From Alphaproteobacteria bacterium (GTDB taxonomy: Bacteria > Pseudomonadota > Alphaproteobacteria > SP197), in NCBI GenBank assembly GCA_964291415.2, contig OZ219917.1:800001-864000 (forward strand): 64,000 nt of DNA, given 5' to 3'. This document shows, piece by piece, positions 1 to 9,704 of this stretch. A program made the position numbers and the translations under genes. Below the pieces are notes generated by a model that had not been told where the DNA came from, made no database searches, and saw only the letters and a program-made list of their open reading frames with translations. Every line of letters starts with the position of its first letter. Positions within the stretch are counted from its first letter, which is position 1.

Positions 1-1480
1 CCAGCCGGCTCGCGACATTGACGGCATCGCCGATGGCCGTGACCGATGCGGCGCGGCCGTAGCCCATCTCGCCGACGATGACGGGGCCGGCGTGGAGACC
101 GATGCCGATGCGCAACGGCGCTGGGAGTTCCTCGCCGAGCACCCGATTGAGTTCTTCGAGAGCCGCCGCCATGGCGCGCACCGTGCGCAGCGCGCTCCGG
201 CACCCCGCCTGGGGAGTGTCGTCGATCCCGAACAGGGCCATCACGCCGTCACCGATAAACTTGTCCACATGACCGCCTTCTCCTTCTATCGCCCGGCCCA
301 TGGCGAGGAAAAAGCGGTTCAGCAGGAACACTACGTCGTAGGGCAGCCTGTCCTCGGAAAGCTGCGTGAAGGCGCGCAGATCGGCGAACAGGATGGCGAT
401 CTCACGTTCGGCGCCCTGCTCGTGGCCCATACGCTTGCGCGCCGCCGAGGGAACCGCCGACGCCGGCAGCAACGGAGTCAGCGTAATGTCGTCCGACGGC
501 ACCACGCGGCAGGCCAGCCGGACGTACTCCGGTGCGTTGATGCGCGTCAGCAGCGCGCGTTCGTCCTCGTCGGGCGGCGGGAGCATGTGGAAACCCCGCG
601 AGACGTGCACACGGCAGGTAGAGCAACGTCCGCGTCCGCCGCAGACCGATGCGTGGGGGATGCCAGCGTTGCGGCTCACCTCCAGCAATGTCGCGCCGGG
701 TTCGGCGCGTGCCACCCGCCCGTCAGGGTAGGTGACGCGGACCGACCGCTGCCGCTGCGCACTGAGTGCATGCACCGACCGCCAGACGACCAGCACCGCC
801 AAAGCCGCGCCGACCGCGGCGGTCGCGAGAGCCTCTGCCTGCTCACTCCATTCGTACCCCTCGTTTCCCGGATGCCGTATCCTCTCCAGCATGACGCCGA
901 CCCAACCGGTGTCCGCTGCCGCCAGCGCCAACACGTCCCTGCCGCCGACCGCGAAGCCCGCGAGCGCAAGCACCGGCAGGAGCAACGCCGCCGAGAAGAA
1001 AAGCGGCAATCCGCGCCGGTACCATGGCCGCAGGCGCAGCCAGAAATGCAACCCGATGCAGCCATGCGTCCAGACAACGGCCATCAAGGCAATCTGCTTC
1101 CAGGGATCGCTCCAGGTTGCCCACAGGACGTAGGCGTAGCTCGGATCGAGGTCGAAGCGGACGGCAAGTCCGAGAGTGCCGAGCACATGCCCGAAGAGCA
1201 GGAAGGGAATGGCCAGCCCGAGCAGTTGCTGCGCCGCCTCCCAGGCCGGCATCCTGAAGCTGCGCGCGCGGAACAGGCGTGCGATCGAAAGAGTGCCGTG
1301 AACGGCGAAGCCGGCGCACAAAAGCGTCATTCCCGGTGGGCTCCGCCAGACGGCGGAGAACACGCGACGACCCTCCTCCATCACCTCCACGGAGACCAGG
1401 CCCAACGCGTGGTTGAAGAGATGCCCTGTGACATAGGCGAACAGGACGAGGCCGCTCCACAGGCGAAGACGCTGGGTCAC
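1..1480 (-). CDS. Class III adenylate/guanylate cyclase with N-terminal membrane domain and 2Fe-2S ferredoxin domain (3' end runs off the window)
   Basis: Not in the ORF track (open at the edge); translated by hand. GTG at 1480 gives VTQRLRLWSGLVLFAYVTGHLFNHALGL (His-containing TM helices), then HASVCGGRGRCSTCRV (2Fe-2S), AILFADLRAFT, DKFIGDGVMALFG and TAIGDAVNVASRL (cyclase motifs). Confidence 0.92.
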   Translation of the reverse strand, partial: MTQRLRLWSGLVLFAYVTGHLFNHALGLVSVEVMEEGRRVFSAVWRSPPGMTLLCAGFAVHGTLSIARLFRARSFRMPAWEAAQQLLGLAIPFLLFGHVLGTLGLAVRFDLDPSYAYVLWATWSDPWKQIALMAVVWTHGCIGLHFWLRLRPWYRRGLPLFFSAALLLPVLALAGFAVGGRDVLALAAADTGWVGVMLERIRHPGNEGYEWSEQAEALATAAVGAALAVLVVWRSVHALSAQRQRSVRVTYPDGRVARAEPGATLLEVSRNAGIPHASVCGGRGRCSTCRVHVSRGFHMLPPPDEDERALLTRINAPEYVRLACRVVPSDDITLTPLLPASAVPSAARKRMGHEQGAEREIAILFADLRAFTQLSEDRLPYDVVFLLNRFFLAMGRAIEGEGGHVDKFIGDGVMALFGIDDTPQAGCRSALRTVRAMAAALEELNRVLGEELPAPLRIGIGLHAGPVIVGEMGYGRAASVTAIGDAVNVASRL

Positions 1481-2147
1481 GCGGCGTCCCGCCCGCTACC
1501 GAAGACTGGCAGCCACTCGACGCAACACAGAATGGCGGCGCTTCCCTTCATCGCGTGCATGATCCCTTGTTGCGGCGCGGTGGCATCGCACTTCGGTCGT
1601 CGGCATGCTCTTTAGTCCAGACGGCGCGAGCGCGCCACACATCACCGGCAGCGCGGAAATGGGACGGATACGCGGGGTGACGCCAAGAACGTGGATCAGG
1701 TTGTGAGCAACCCGCCGAAGGAGCGCGACGAAGTCCTTCGCCCGCCCGCATGGCAGGCCGCCGGAGCAACCTGCGCGCTTGAAGTGCGGGCCGATGTCGG
1801 GTGCCGAACTGCAAGCCGGCCGAATCTGCCGGATCCGGAGGGAGCGAGAGCCTCGAAAGGTGTTCCCGGTTCCCGTCCGTCGCCTCAGACTACACGTTTC
1901 CCGACACTTCAATCATGTCGCGTTCTCCTCAACGGCCTGGGGTGGGAGCCGGACCTTTGCATCGTCCCCGCCGCGTTCCCGAGTTGGATGCGCCGCCGAT
2001 CGACCATTCGTTCTGATAACGCATCCCAACCTCCTGAAGAGGACATCCGCAATTTCAGAGAATCACAACTCCGCGAATTGGTTCAGCGAGTTCTTCGGCA
2101 GGCTGTCGAGCCGAAGAATCGGCGGAACTCAAGGTCGTGCTTGCGAT

Positions 2148-3164
2148 CTACAGATTCAGGTCTGCTGCCAATCTGTCGATGATGGCTGCGTGCACGACGG
2201 CACGGTCGGTGCCGTCGGGGTCGGTGCAGACCGGATCATCCCCTTCCGCTTCCAGGATCGCTTCTGCTCCCGGCTTGCAGAGCGACAAGGCTGAGAAGTG
2301 ACGTGCCGGCGCCAGGCGCAGGATGTCGGCATCGGGCAGCAATCCTGCAAACCCGCTGGCATCGAAGTCGGTCCCGGCGAACCGGTCGTCACCCTGTCCC
2401 AGGCCAACCAGTGTGACCTTTCCGACCAGGTCGGTGACATGGCCTGCGTCCAGTTTCCAGGTCAGGGCCGGATCGATGGCGGCGACCTGGGTGATCCTGT
2501 CATCTGCATACGACGCAGCCCATGCCTCTACCGGAAGCGCGGCAACATCAATTCCGGCCCGGGCAAGATCCTGACAGACCGTGGAACGAGCCCGGTACTC
2601 CTGGCAGTACGTTGCGAAACCATCAAGGTTGCCGCGCAGACCTCCCATGGAAAGGGCTGTCCAGCCGCCATAGGAAAAACCGGCTGCCATAATGCGCTCC
2701 GGGTCCACATGCCGGGTGAAATCGGGATCGGCAAGGGTCTCGTCGAGCACGAGCGCGAGGTCCTGCACCCGTGTCCAGTGTTCGAGCATGGCTTGAAGGT
2801 CGAAGTCTCCCCAGGTGGAGTTGGGGTGATTGACAGCGATCACGATGGCTCCGCGCTCGGCAAGGCCGGCGGCCAGCCATGCCAGAGACCGGACATGACC
2901 GCCAAGCCCGTGGCTCAGCATGACCAGCGGGTGTTGTCCTTCAGCCATTGGGGCGTTCTCGGAAACTGTCACGCCTTGAAACACCGCATTACCGGCGACC
3001 ACCACCTGGCTCCCCGCCAGGTCGGTCGGATACCAGATTGCTCCCTCCAGCATCCGTCCGTGATGGGGTGCCGGCATCGACAGCGTACGGTACCCGGCCG
3101 GATCGGCTTCGGCTGCAAGAGCGGGGATGAGCGACAACGCGAAGAACAGGGATACGACTCGCAT
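2148..3164 (-). CDS. Secreted alpha/beta hydrolase (predicted dienelactone hydrolase-like)
   Basis: Signal peptide MRVVSLFFALSLIPALAA; SHGLGG oxyanion motif; GFSYGG nucleophile elbow; late HFS. Start trimmed from 3200 to ATG 3164. Confidence 0.85.
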   Translation of the reverse strand: MRVVSLFFALSLIPALAAEADPAGYRTLSMPAPHHGRMLEGAIWYPTDLAGSQVVVAGNAVFQGVTVSENAPMAEGQHPLVMLSHGLGGHVRSLAWLAAGLAERGAIVIAVNHPNSTWGDFDLQAMLEHWTRVQDLALVLDETLADPDFTRHVDPERIMAAGFSYGGWTALSMGGLRGNLDGFATYCQEYRARSTVCQDLARAGIDVAALPVEAWAASYADDRITQVAAIDPALTWKLDAGHVTDLVGKVTLVGLGQGDDRFAGTDFDASGFAGLLPDADILRLAPARHFSALSLCKPGAEAILEAEGDDPVCTDPDGTDRAVVHAAIIDRLAADLNL

Positions 3165-3281
3165 GGATGGACTCCTGGCTGGATTGCGACGCCTTTCCAA
3201 TGCTGCAATTCTCGCCTAATGGCGTCCTTGAACCGGATCAAGGTCGCCTGAAACCGGTTCCAGGACATCGGATCGACGCTG

Positions 3282-4271
3282 ATGCCCAGTCTTCCCATCC
3301 CTCTTGTCGTCGCCCTCGTTCTGGCGTTCATGTTTGCGCGCCTCCTGCTTTCGGATCGCAGACACCTCCCGCTGGCGGCGCTTCTGGGGCTCTGCGCGGT
3401 CCAGGCTCTGATCATTTCGCTGAACCAGCACTACGGGCTTCGCGGCATGGCGACCCTTCAGCCCCTGACCGCCACGTTGATTCCGCCTGCCGCATGGGTC
3501 GCTTTCCGGATGACCGCCGAACGGCGTCCCGGCTGGCGCGACGTCGCTCACCTCGCGGGCCCGGCAGCCGTGCTCATCGCACGCTTTCTCCATCCGCCGG
3601 CCCTCGATCTGCTCATTCCGGTGCAGTCCGCAGGATACGGTGCCGCGATCCTGTGGGCCAGCTGGCGCAGCAGCGACAGCCTGGTCCACTCCATCCTCGA
3701 GGCCGGGGAATGGCCCCGGCGGATATGGCAGATCATTGGCCTCGCGCTGATCGCGTCCGCCATGACCGACGTGCTGGTCGCCGTCGCGATCGAGACCGGG
3801 GCCCGGCATCTGATCCCATGGATCATCAGTCTTTATTCGGCCGCCAACCTCCTGGTGGTCGGAATTCTCATTCTCTCGAGCGCTCGCGTCACGGATTCAC
3901 GCGGACCGACCACATCACTCGACGAACTCTCCGCTGACGACAGGATTGTGATGCAGAAGCTCGAAACACTGATGAGAACGGATCGCCCCTACCTCGATCC
4001 CGAACTGACCCTGGCGAGACTGGCGCGCAAGCTTCGCCTTCCGGCCAAGCAGGTATCGGCCGCGGTCAACCGTTCGACGGGCGAAAATGTCTCGCGGTTC
4101 GTCAACACGGCCCGCATCGAGGCGGCCAAGTCGGCCCTGCTGGAAGGAAAGACGGTCACGGAAGCGATGTTCTCATCCGGGTTCCAGACGAAATCCAACT
4201 TCAACCGCGAGTTTCTGCGCATCGTCGGATCAAGCCCGACCGCCTGGTTGCAGAAGGGCGTTCACCAATGA
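3282..4271 (+). CDS. AraC-family transcriptional regulator with N-terminal membrane domain
   Basis: Hydrophobic N-terminal half; C-terminal YLDPELTLARLARKL...SGFQTKSNFNREF...SPTAW; divergent from the hydrolase. Confidence 0.92.
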   Translation: MPSLPIPLVVALVLAFMFARLLLSDRRHLPLAALLGLCAVQALIISLNQHYGLRGMATLQPLTATLIPPAAWVAFRMTAERRPGWRDVAHLAGPAAVLIARFLHPPALDLLIPVQSAGYGAAILWASWRSSDSLVHSILEAGEWPRRIWQIIGLALIASAMTDVLVAVAIETGARHLIPWIISLYSAANLLVVGILILSSARVTDSRGPTTSLDELSADDRIVMQKLETLMRTDRPYLDPELTLARLARKLRLPAKQVSAAVNRSTGENVSRFVNTARIEAAKSALLEGKTVTEAMFSSGFQTKSNFNREFLRIVGSSPTAWLQKGVHQ

Positions 4272-4829
4272 CGCGCGGCCGTCCCGTGCCACTCAACGGG
4301 AGATCAGGAGATCGGACTGGTCCACGGTCCCATGCGTCGGATGATGGCGTCTGTGCAGCGTGCGACCCGGTTTGTCGGCACGGCTTCGCTTGTCGTGGTC
4401 GACCCTCGGCACGCCGTCGCAGACAATCAAGAGCCGTGCCCGGGGACCTCCGTAATCGTGGCAACCTTCGGTAGCGGCGCCCCATCGGTCTGTCCGTCAT
4501 GGTTCAACTGGCTTCACCAACCCGAATTCCAGCGACAACCGGCGCCGCGGATCTCCGCCTGACGGCACGCGGGCCGCCTCTCAGTCGGGCGCCCTGTAGT
4601 GCCGACCTTTGGAGTCCCGATCAACGAGAATCAATGGGTCAGCATCCCCACGATCCCCGAGTTGCGGAAGTCGGGCTGACGCAGATTCGCACTCGGTGAA
4701 GCTCGAGGCGCTCGCCAAGGATTGCGATTTCGGTGCCTCATCGCCCTGGAGCGGACCAGCACGGTTGTAACCTCCTGCGAGCACTTGAGCCCAACGCCGT
4801 TGATTTCGATCTGCCTGCACGTTGTCATG

Positions 4830-4858
4830 TTGAAGGGCGGTTCTGCCGAATGTATGGT
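4830..4858 (+). promoter_or_regulatory. Putative sigma70 promoter of the zeta-like TA operon (leaderless)
   Basis: TTGAAG (4830-4835), 17-bp spacer, TATGGT (4853-4858); ATG at 4866 lies 7 nt downstream with no SD. Confidence 0.5.
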
Positions 4859-4865
4859 CGACGGC

Positions 4866-5066
4866 ATGAGCGCGCATGCGCATGCACCCGAGCCGCCCGA
4901 CATTCCGGGGCGCCCGAAAGACTGGCGTGATCAGATCAAGGCCGATCTGGCAGCCCAGGTGGAGGCTGGCGGAACGCTTTACGGTGTCCGTTCGGACGGT
5001 GCCTACATTGCACGGACCAGGGAAGGGGACCGGGTGCTCCGTCCGCCTGAACGGGATCCCGCCTGA
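4866..5066 (+). CDS. Small protein, putative antitoxin of the zeta-like toxin
   Basis: 66-aa MSAHAHAPEPP...GGTLYGVRSDGAYIARTREG; its stop overlaps the start of the downstream P-loop gene. Confidence 0.6.
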   Translation: MSAHAHAPEPPDIPGRPKDWRDQIKADLAAQVEAGGTLYGVRSDGAYIARTREGDRVLRPPERDPA

Positions 5067-5650
5067 CCCGTTCGGCGTCCGCGGCTATCCCGGCCCTCCT
5101 CGTTGTTGCCGGCCCGAACGGGTGCGGCAAGTCGAGTCTGACGCGCACGACCTGGTTTGATGACGTTGAAATCATCGACGCGGATGAAATCGCGCGCGGC
5201 ATGATGGCCGGCGATCCCGGACAGGCAGCCCGCGAAGCGCTACGCCGACGACAGGATGCGCTGTCCGCCAGACGAACGCACCTCGTGGAGACCACGCTTG
5301 CCGGTTCCGGCATTTTTCGCCACATGAAGGCCGCGCGGCGAGCAGGCTTCCAGATAGTCCTGCATTATGTATCGGTTGATTCGCCGGACCAGGCGCTTGA
5401 CCGTATCCGCAATCGGGTCGCGCTCGGCGGTCACGATATCCCGGAGGCGGATGTACGGCGACGGTTTGCGCGTTCTCACGCCAATCTTCCGGCTGCCATG
5501 GCGCACACGGACATGGCCCTGCTCTACGACAACACCGCTTCCGATTGGCCGCACCGGGAGGTCGCGATCCTCAAGGACGGGGCTTGGTGGGTCGCCAGGT
5601 CCGTTCCCGGCTGGGCGGACGCGGTTCTCTTGCCGCCGCAGCGTCGCTGA
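5063..5650 (+). CDS. Zeta-toxin-like P-loop kinase/ATPase (COG4185-like)
   Basis: The frame of ORF 5201-5650 extends upstream to LLVVAGPNGCGKSS (Walker A); IDADEIA, ETTLAG, RVALGGHDIPE, YDN. No ATG/GTG/TTG before the Walker A; CTG at 5063 proposed as start. Confidence 0.85.
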   Translation: MTRSASAAIPALLVVAGPNGCGKSSLTRTTWFDDVEIIDADEIARGMMAGDPGQAAREALRRRQDALSARRTHLVETTLAGSGIFRHMKAARRAGFQIVLHYVSVDSPDQALDRIRNRVALGGHDIPEADVRRRFARSHANLPAAMAHTDMALLYDNTASDWPHREVAILKDGAWWVARSVPGWADAVLLPPQRR

Positions 5651-5759
5651 TACCGGCGCGCAACGCCGTGTCGCCTCGTTCGCCTCGCATGATGAAGTGG
5701 GTTGCAAGGAGCGTCGCCGTCCACTACGTGATGGCGGCAGGTGAACCGGAGAAATGCCG

Positions 5760-6257
5760 ATGAAACTCGCCCTTTCGATTCTTGTTGCGGGTGCCGTGAG
5801 CGTGTCTGCGGCTGTGGCCGGAGACGAGGGCACCCTCAGGTTCGTGAGAACCTACGTGCAGGACTACACCACCATTGAACTTGCAGGCACACAGGTGACC
5901 GGCGGCTCCCTGGAGGGCGTTGTGTCCATCGTCGAAGCCAGTGACGGGCCTTTTTCTCCGGGAGCGCACTTCCGTGTGACCTGCATCGTCACGTCGACGA
6001 CCTCCGGGCAGGACTTCACGCTGGAAGCCCCCTGCACCGCCGGCGATGCTTCGGGAGATCAGTGGTACACGATTTCGAGACGCAGCAGCGGCGATATCGA
6101 GACCGGCGGCGGGGGCGGCCTGGAACTTGCCGGTGGCACGGGCGCCTTTGCCGGCGTGACCGGTTCATGTACCTATGATGTCAGCTATCTCGAGGATGGC
6201 TGGGTCTCCATGATGACGGATTGCACCTGGCAACGGCAGGCGGAGGAGGACGGATGA
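5760..6257 (+). CDS. Secreted hypothetical protein, dirigent/allene-oxide-cyclase-like beta-barrel
   Basis: Signal peptide MKLALSILVAGAVSVSAAVA; LAGGTGAFAGVTG motif; four Cys. Confidence 0.6.
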   Translation: MKLALSILVAGAVSVSAAVAGDEGTLRFVRTYVQDYTTIELAGTQVTGGSLEGVVSIVEASDGPFSPGAHFRVTCIVTSTTSGQDFTLEAPCTAGDASGDQWYTISRRSSGDIETGGGGGLELAGGTGAFAGVTGSCTYDVSYLEDGWVSMMTDCTWQRQAEEDG

Positions 6258-7069
6258 CCACCATGTCCGGTGAAGTGCTGTGCAGTGTCGGAGAGAAGGT
6301 TGCCACGGTGACCATCAACCGGGCATCGAAGATGAACTCCATCAATCCGCCCTTCATGAAGGAACTCTCCGGTACCTTGCGGGAACTCGACGACAATCCG
6401 GATGTGTCGGTCATCATCCTGACCGGCTCAGGTCCGCACTTCGGAGCGGGATACGACCTCAAGTATGCCTGGGGCGAGACCTATGGCCGGGGTCCGATGG
6501 GCGCCCGCAGGATGCTGAAAGACTGCGCGGACTTCGAGTTCGGGCCCTGGGACTGCTCGAAACCGGTCATCGCCATGGTGCGCGGATACTGCCTTGCAGG
6601 GTCGTGCGAACTCGCCATGATGTGCTGCATTACCTATGCCAGCGACACCGCGAAGTTCGGTGAACCCGAGATCCGCTTCTCGACGGCCCCGCCTGCGGTC
6701 ATCATGCCATGGATCATCGGTCTCAAGCGGACCCGTGAACTCCTTTACACCGGCGACATGATCACTGCCGAGGAGGCGCGAGATTTCGGCATGGTGAACA
6801 AGGTGTTCCCCGATGACCGCCTTGAGGAGGAGACCATGCGATACGCCCGCCGTGCGGCGGCCATCTCCCTTGAGGGCCTGCAGACCACCAAGGCCTCCAT
6901 CAACCGGAGTGCCGAGATCGCCGGTCTGCGAAGCGCCATCTCCTACGGAGTCGAAGTTGGCGGCATTCTCGATTCGGCCGAGACGGAACAGTACAGGCAG
7001 TTCGAGGCGGTGAAGAAGGAGAAGGGGTTGAGTGCCGCCATCAGGTGGCGGGAAAGCCAGTTCGAGTAG
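6254..7069 (+). CDS. Enoyl-CoA hydratase/isomerase family protein
   Basis: VATVTINR, FGAGYDL, KPVIAMVRGYCLAGSCELA, FGEPEI; ATGA overlap with the upstream gene. Confidence 0.93.
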   Translation: MTTMSGEVLCSVGEKVATVTINRASKMNSINPPFMKELSGTLRELDDNPDVSVIILTGSGPHFGAGYDLKYAWGETYGRGPMGARRMLKDCADFEFGPWDCSKPVIAMVRGYCLAGSCELAMMCCITYASDTAKFGEPEIRFSTAPPAVIMPWIIGLKRTRELLYTGDMITAEEARDFGMVNKVFPDDRLEEETMRYARRAAAISLEGLQTTKASINRSAEIAGLRSAISYGVEVGGILDSAETEQYRQFEAVKKEKGLSAAIRWRESQFE

Positions 7070-7158
7070 GCGGCATCCAGCATCGCCAGGGCGGCCCTTC
7101 CGAGCGATCCTCTGACGAGGCAACCCATCCTGCGATAGCAAGATGTGCTCGGGCGGTT

Positions 7159-7683
7159 CTATTCGGGGGCTGTTTGGGGATCCACGCCCCACAGCGTCCC
7201 CATCGCCATCCAGCCCCTCGTGCCGGCGACGGTGACCTGACACCAGCCTCCCTCGCAGGGTCCGAGCTTCGCGATGACACCGGGTTCCGCGCGGAAGACG
7301 GGATCACTCGCCGCGTCGGGGCGGTCGTAGGCGGTCGTCATCGTTGCTCCGGCGACGATCACGGTTCGTGTGCCCGACAGCATCACCCGGTGAATCCAGC
7401 CTTCTTCCCCGTCGATGTCGCGGACAAGGCGCCAGACGTCCTTCTCGTCGGTGATCTGGATCGGCATGTCCTTGCGAACATAAACCCACTTGACCGGATA
7501 GTCCTTGCCCGGCCCGACGCGCATGTAGACCTCGTCGGCCTTGAGCGAGACGAACCTTGGCAGCGCCGCTGGATCGTCGGCCGCCAGGGAATGCGCCAAA
7601 GCGGCGCAGAGAACGAGGCACGGCAGCAGGAACAACGCTCCGCGTTGCCTGTCGGACCTGTATCTGGTAGGGAACGCCACCAC
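7159..7683 (-). CDS. Bacterial SH3-domain protein (COG3807-like); start uncertain
   Basis: LPRFVSLKADEVYMRVGPG...WRLVRDIDGEEGWIH...WCQV...GWM...LWGV, two SH3b repeats after a signal-like helix. Confidence 0.88.
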   Translation of the reverse strand: MVAFPTRYRSDRQRGALFLLPCLVLCAALAHSLAADDPAALPRFVSLKADEVYMRVGPGKDYPVKWVYVRKDMPIQITDEKDVWRLVRDIDGEEGWIHRVMLSGTRTVIVAGATMTTAYDRPDAASDPVFRAEPGVIAKLGPCEGGWCQVTVAGTRGWMAMGTLWGVDPQTAPE

Positions 7684-7726
7684 GGGAGCCCGCTTGTTCC
7701 CGGTCGTCAAGGCAGTCAAAAAGCGC

Positions 7727-8716
7727 ATGGCCCGACCCAAAAAACCCGTTGTCATTGTAACCAGAAAGCTCCCCGACGTCATCGAGACGCGCATGATGGA
7801 GTTGTTCGACACCAGGCTCAATGACGACGATCATCCAATGCCGCGCGAGGAACTGGCCGAGGCGGTCAGAACGGCCGACATTCTCGTGCCGACGCTCACC
7901 GACCGGATCGACAAGGGAATTCTGGCGCAGGCCGGAGACACCCTTAGACTGATCGCCAATTTCGGCACCGGTGTCGATCACATCGACCTTGCCGCGGCCC
8001 GCGAACGGGGCATTACGGTCACCAATACGCCGGGCGTCCTCACCGAGGACACCGCCGACATGACCATGGCCCTCATCCTCGACGTGATTCGCCGGGTGAG
8101 CCAGGGGGAACGGCTGATCCGCAATGGCATGTGGTCAGGATGGAGTCCCACCCACATGCTCGGCCACCGCCTGTGGGGCAAACGTCTTGGCATCGTCGGC
8201 ATGGGACGTATCGGATCGGCGGTGGCGCGCCGCGCCAGGGGGTTCGGCCTGTCGATCCATTACCACAACCGGCGGCGGCTGCCGGACTATGCCGAACAGG
8301 AACTCGAGGCGACCTGGTGGGAGAGTCTCGACCAGATGCTGGCCCGCATGGACATCGTCTCCGTCAACTGTCCCCACACGCCGGCGACATTCCATCTCCT
8401 GTCGGCCCGCCGTCTGAAGTTGCTGAAGCCGACATCCGTCATCGTCAACACCTCGCGCGGCGAGGTCATCGACGAGCAGGCGATGATCCGCATGCTCAAG
8501 GCCAACCAGATTGCCGGGGCCGGCCTCGATGTCTTCGAACACGAGCCCGCAGTCAGTCCGATGCTCGTGGCCCTGGAGAATGTGGTGTTGTTGCCGCACA
8601 TGGGCTCGGCGACGATCGAAGGCCGGATCGACATGGGCGAGAAGGTTCTCATCAACATCAAGACCTTCGCCGACGGCCACAAACCACCCGATCGCGTCAT
8701 CGACACACTCTTGTAG
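7727..8716 (+). CDS. D-isomer-specific 2-hydroxyacid dehydrogenase (D-glycerate dehydrogenase/glyoxylate reductase)
   Basis: GIVGMGRIG, VNTSRG, AGLDVFEHEP, LLPHMGS; start at ATG 7727. Confidence 0.95.
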   Translation: MARPKKPVVIVTRKLPDVIETRMMELFDTRLNDDDHPMPREELAEAVRTADILVPTLTDRIDKGILAQAGDTLRLIANFGTGVDHIDLAAARERGITVTNTPGVLTEDTADMTMALILDVIRRVSQGERLIRNGMWSGWSPTHMLGHRLWGKRLGIVGMGRIGSAVARRARGFGLSIHYHNRRRLPDYAEQELEATWWESLDQMLARMDIVSVNCPHTPATFHLLSARRLKLLKPTSVIVNTSRGEVIDEQAMIRMLKANQIAGAGLDVFEHEPAVSPMLVALENVVLLPHMGSATIEGRIDMGEKVLINIKTFADGHKPPDRVIDTLL

Positions 8717-8737
8717 GCCCCATGGGATGGGTGCGTC

Positions 8738-9685
8738 TCAAGGTGTGCCCTGTCTTTCCGGTTGCTGGAAACGGACGGGAAACTGGTTGACGAGGTGGCG
8801 GGCGTAGTTCACCGGCTCGCCTGACGGTGGTACCACCACCGTTTCGAAGTCGGGTTCGATAAAGATTCCCATCGAGCACCGGTCGGCATCCTGCCCTCCC
8901 AGAACCTGGTGCGGCGTGGCCCGCAGGCGGCGGTTGCTCGGCACCTCCATGAGGTCGCCGCAGTGAACCGACAGCCCGTCGGTCACGACGGGTACATCGC
9001 GCCACGTCCCGTCCGGTCCCTGCATCTGAAGTCCGCCGATGCTGTCCTGCCAGATGATCGAGAGAATACCGGTATCGACGTGACAGGTCGTGATGACATG
9101 GGGGCCCTCGCCGGTTCCGGCGACGTCGCCATGAAGGAAGCGCAGGGTTGCGTTGCGTCCCCTTGCCGGTGAGACCATGACATCCTCTTCGAGACCCAGC
9201 CCCCGCGACACGGCAGCGAGCAGGGTCACGCCGACGTCACGCAGATCGTTGAGCATGGCAAGAGTTGCCTCGCGCCAGCCCGGCCAGGGTTCGTCGCCTG
9301 GCCAGATGTTGGGTTCGCGGAAGGACTCGGCGCCTGGCACGTCAGGCGATGTCATCGGCGGTTCGGGGCCGATGTCGAAGGATTCCCGCCTCGACCACGA
9401 TTCGTTGTCCGTCATGGGATAGTAGCCCCGGTAGATGTTCGGGTTATCCGGACGGAAGCGGCTGACGGCGCACGATTCCTTCGAGTCGTTCGCCATGTGG
9501 AAGAAGGCGCAGAGCCGGGAGGCCTGACGATCGATCCCCGGCCAGGCGCCGCGGGCGACAAAGCTGCCTTGAGTCTCGAGGGCGCGGGCGATGGCGCGGT
9601 CCGTTTTGACGCACGGGCCAGGTGACGGACCGAAGAGTGTTCCGACATCGATGATGGGGGTGTACTCCTGCGTCAGGCGGGTCAT
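8738..9685 (-). CDS. Isopenicillin N synthase-family 2OG-Fe(II) oxygenase
   Basis: PIIDV start, YRGYY, HVD...ATPHQV...RCS (HxD..H..RxS). Confidence 0.88.
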   Translation of the reverse strand: MTRLTQEYTPIIDVGTLFGPSPGPCVKTDRAIARALETQGSFVARGAWPGIDRQASRLCAFFHMANDSKESCAVSRFRPDNPNIYRGYYPMTDNESWSRRESFDIGPEPPMTSPDVPGAESFREPNIWPGDEPWPGWREATLAMLNDLRDVGVTLLAAVSRGLGLEEDVMVSPARGRNATLRFLHGDVAGTGEGPHVITTCHVDTGILSIIWQDSIGGLQMQGPDGTWRDVPVVTDGLSVHCGDLMEVPSNRRLRATPHQVLGGQDADRCSMGIFIEPDFETVVVPPSGEPVNYARHLVNQFPVRFQQPERQGTP

Positions 9686-9704
9686 CGGATCCTCCCGTTC
9701 ACCT

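Noticed and set aside
92-1615. 507-aa plus-strand ORF and similar long ORFs (11647-14286, 15104-16816, 21040-23061, 23031-24923, 40936-42288, 48373-49746, 61825-63312)
   Set aside because: Antisense shadows of motif-bearing genes, expected in high-GC DNA.
1496-2140. Possible transposase remnant (FVALLRRVAHNL recalls the ISAs1 C-terminus) or small gene
   Set aside because: One short motif only; no DDE residues, inverted repeats or consistent frame.
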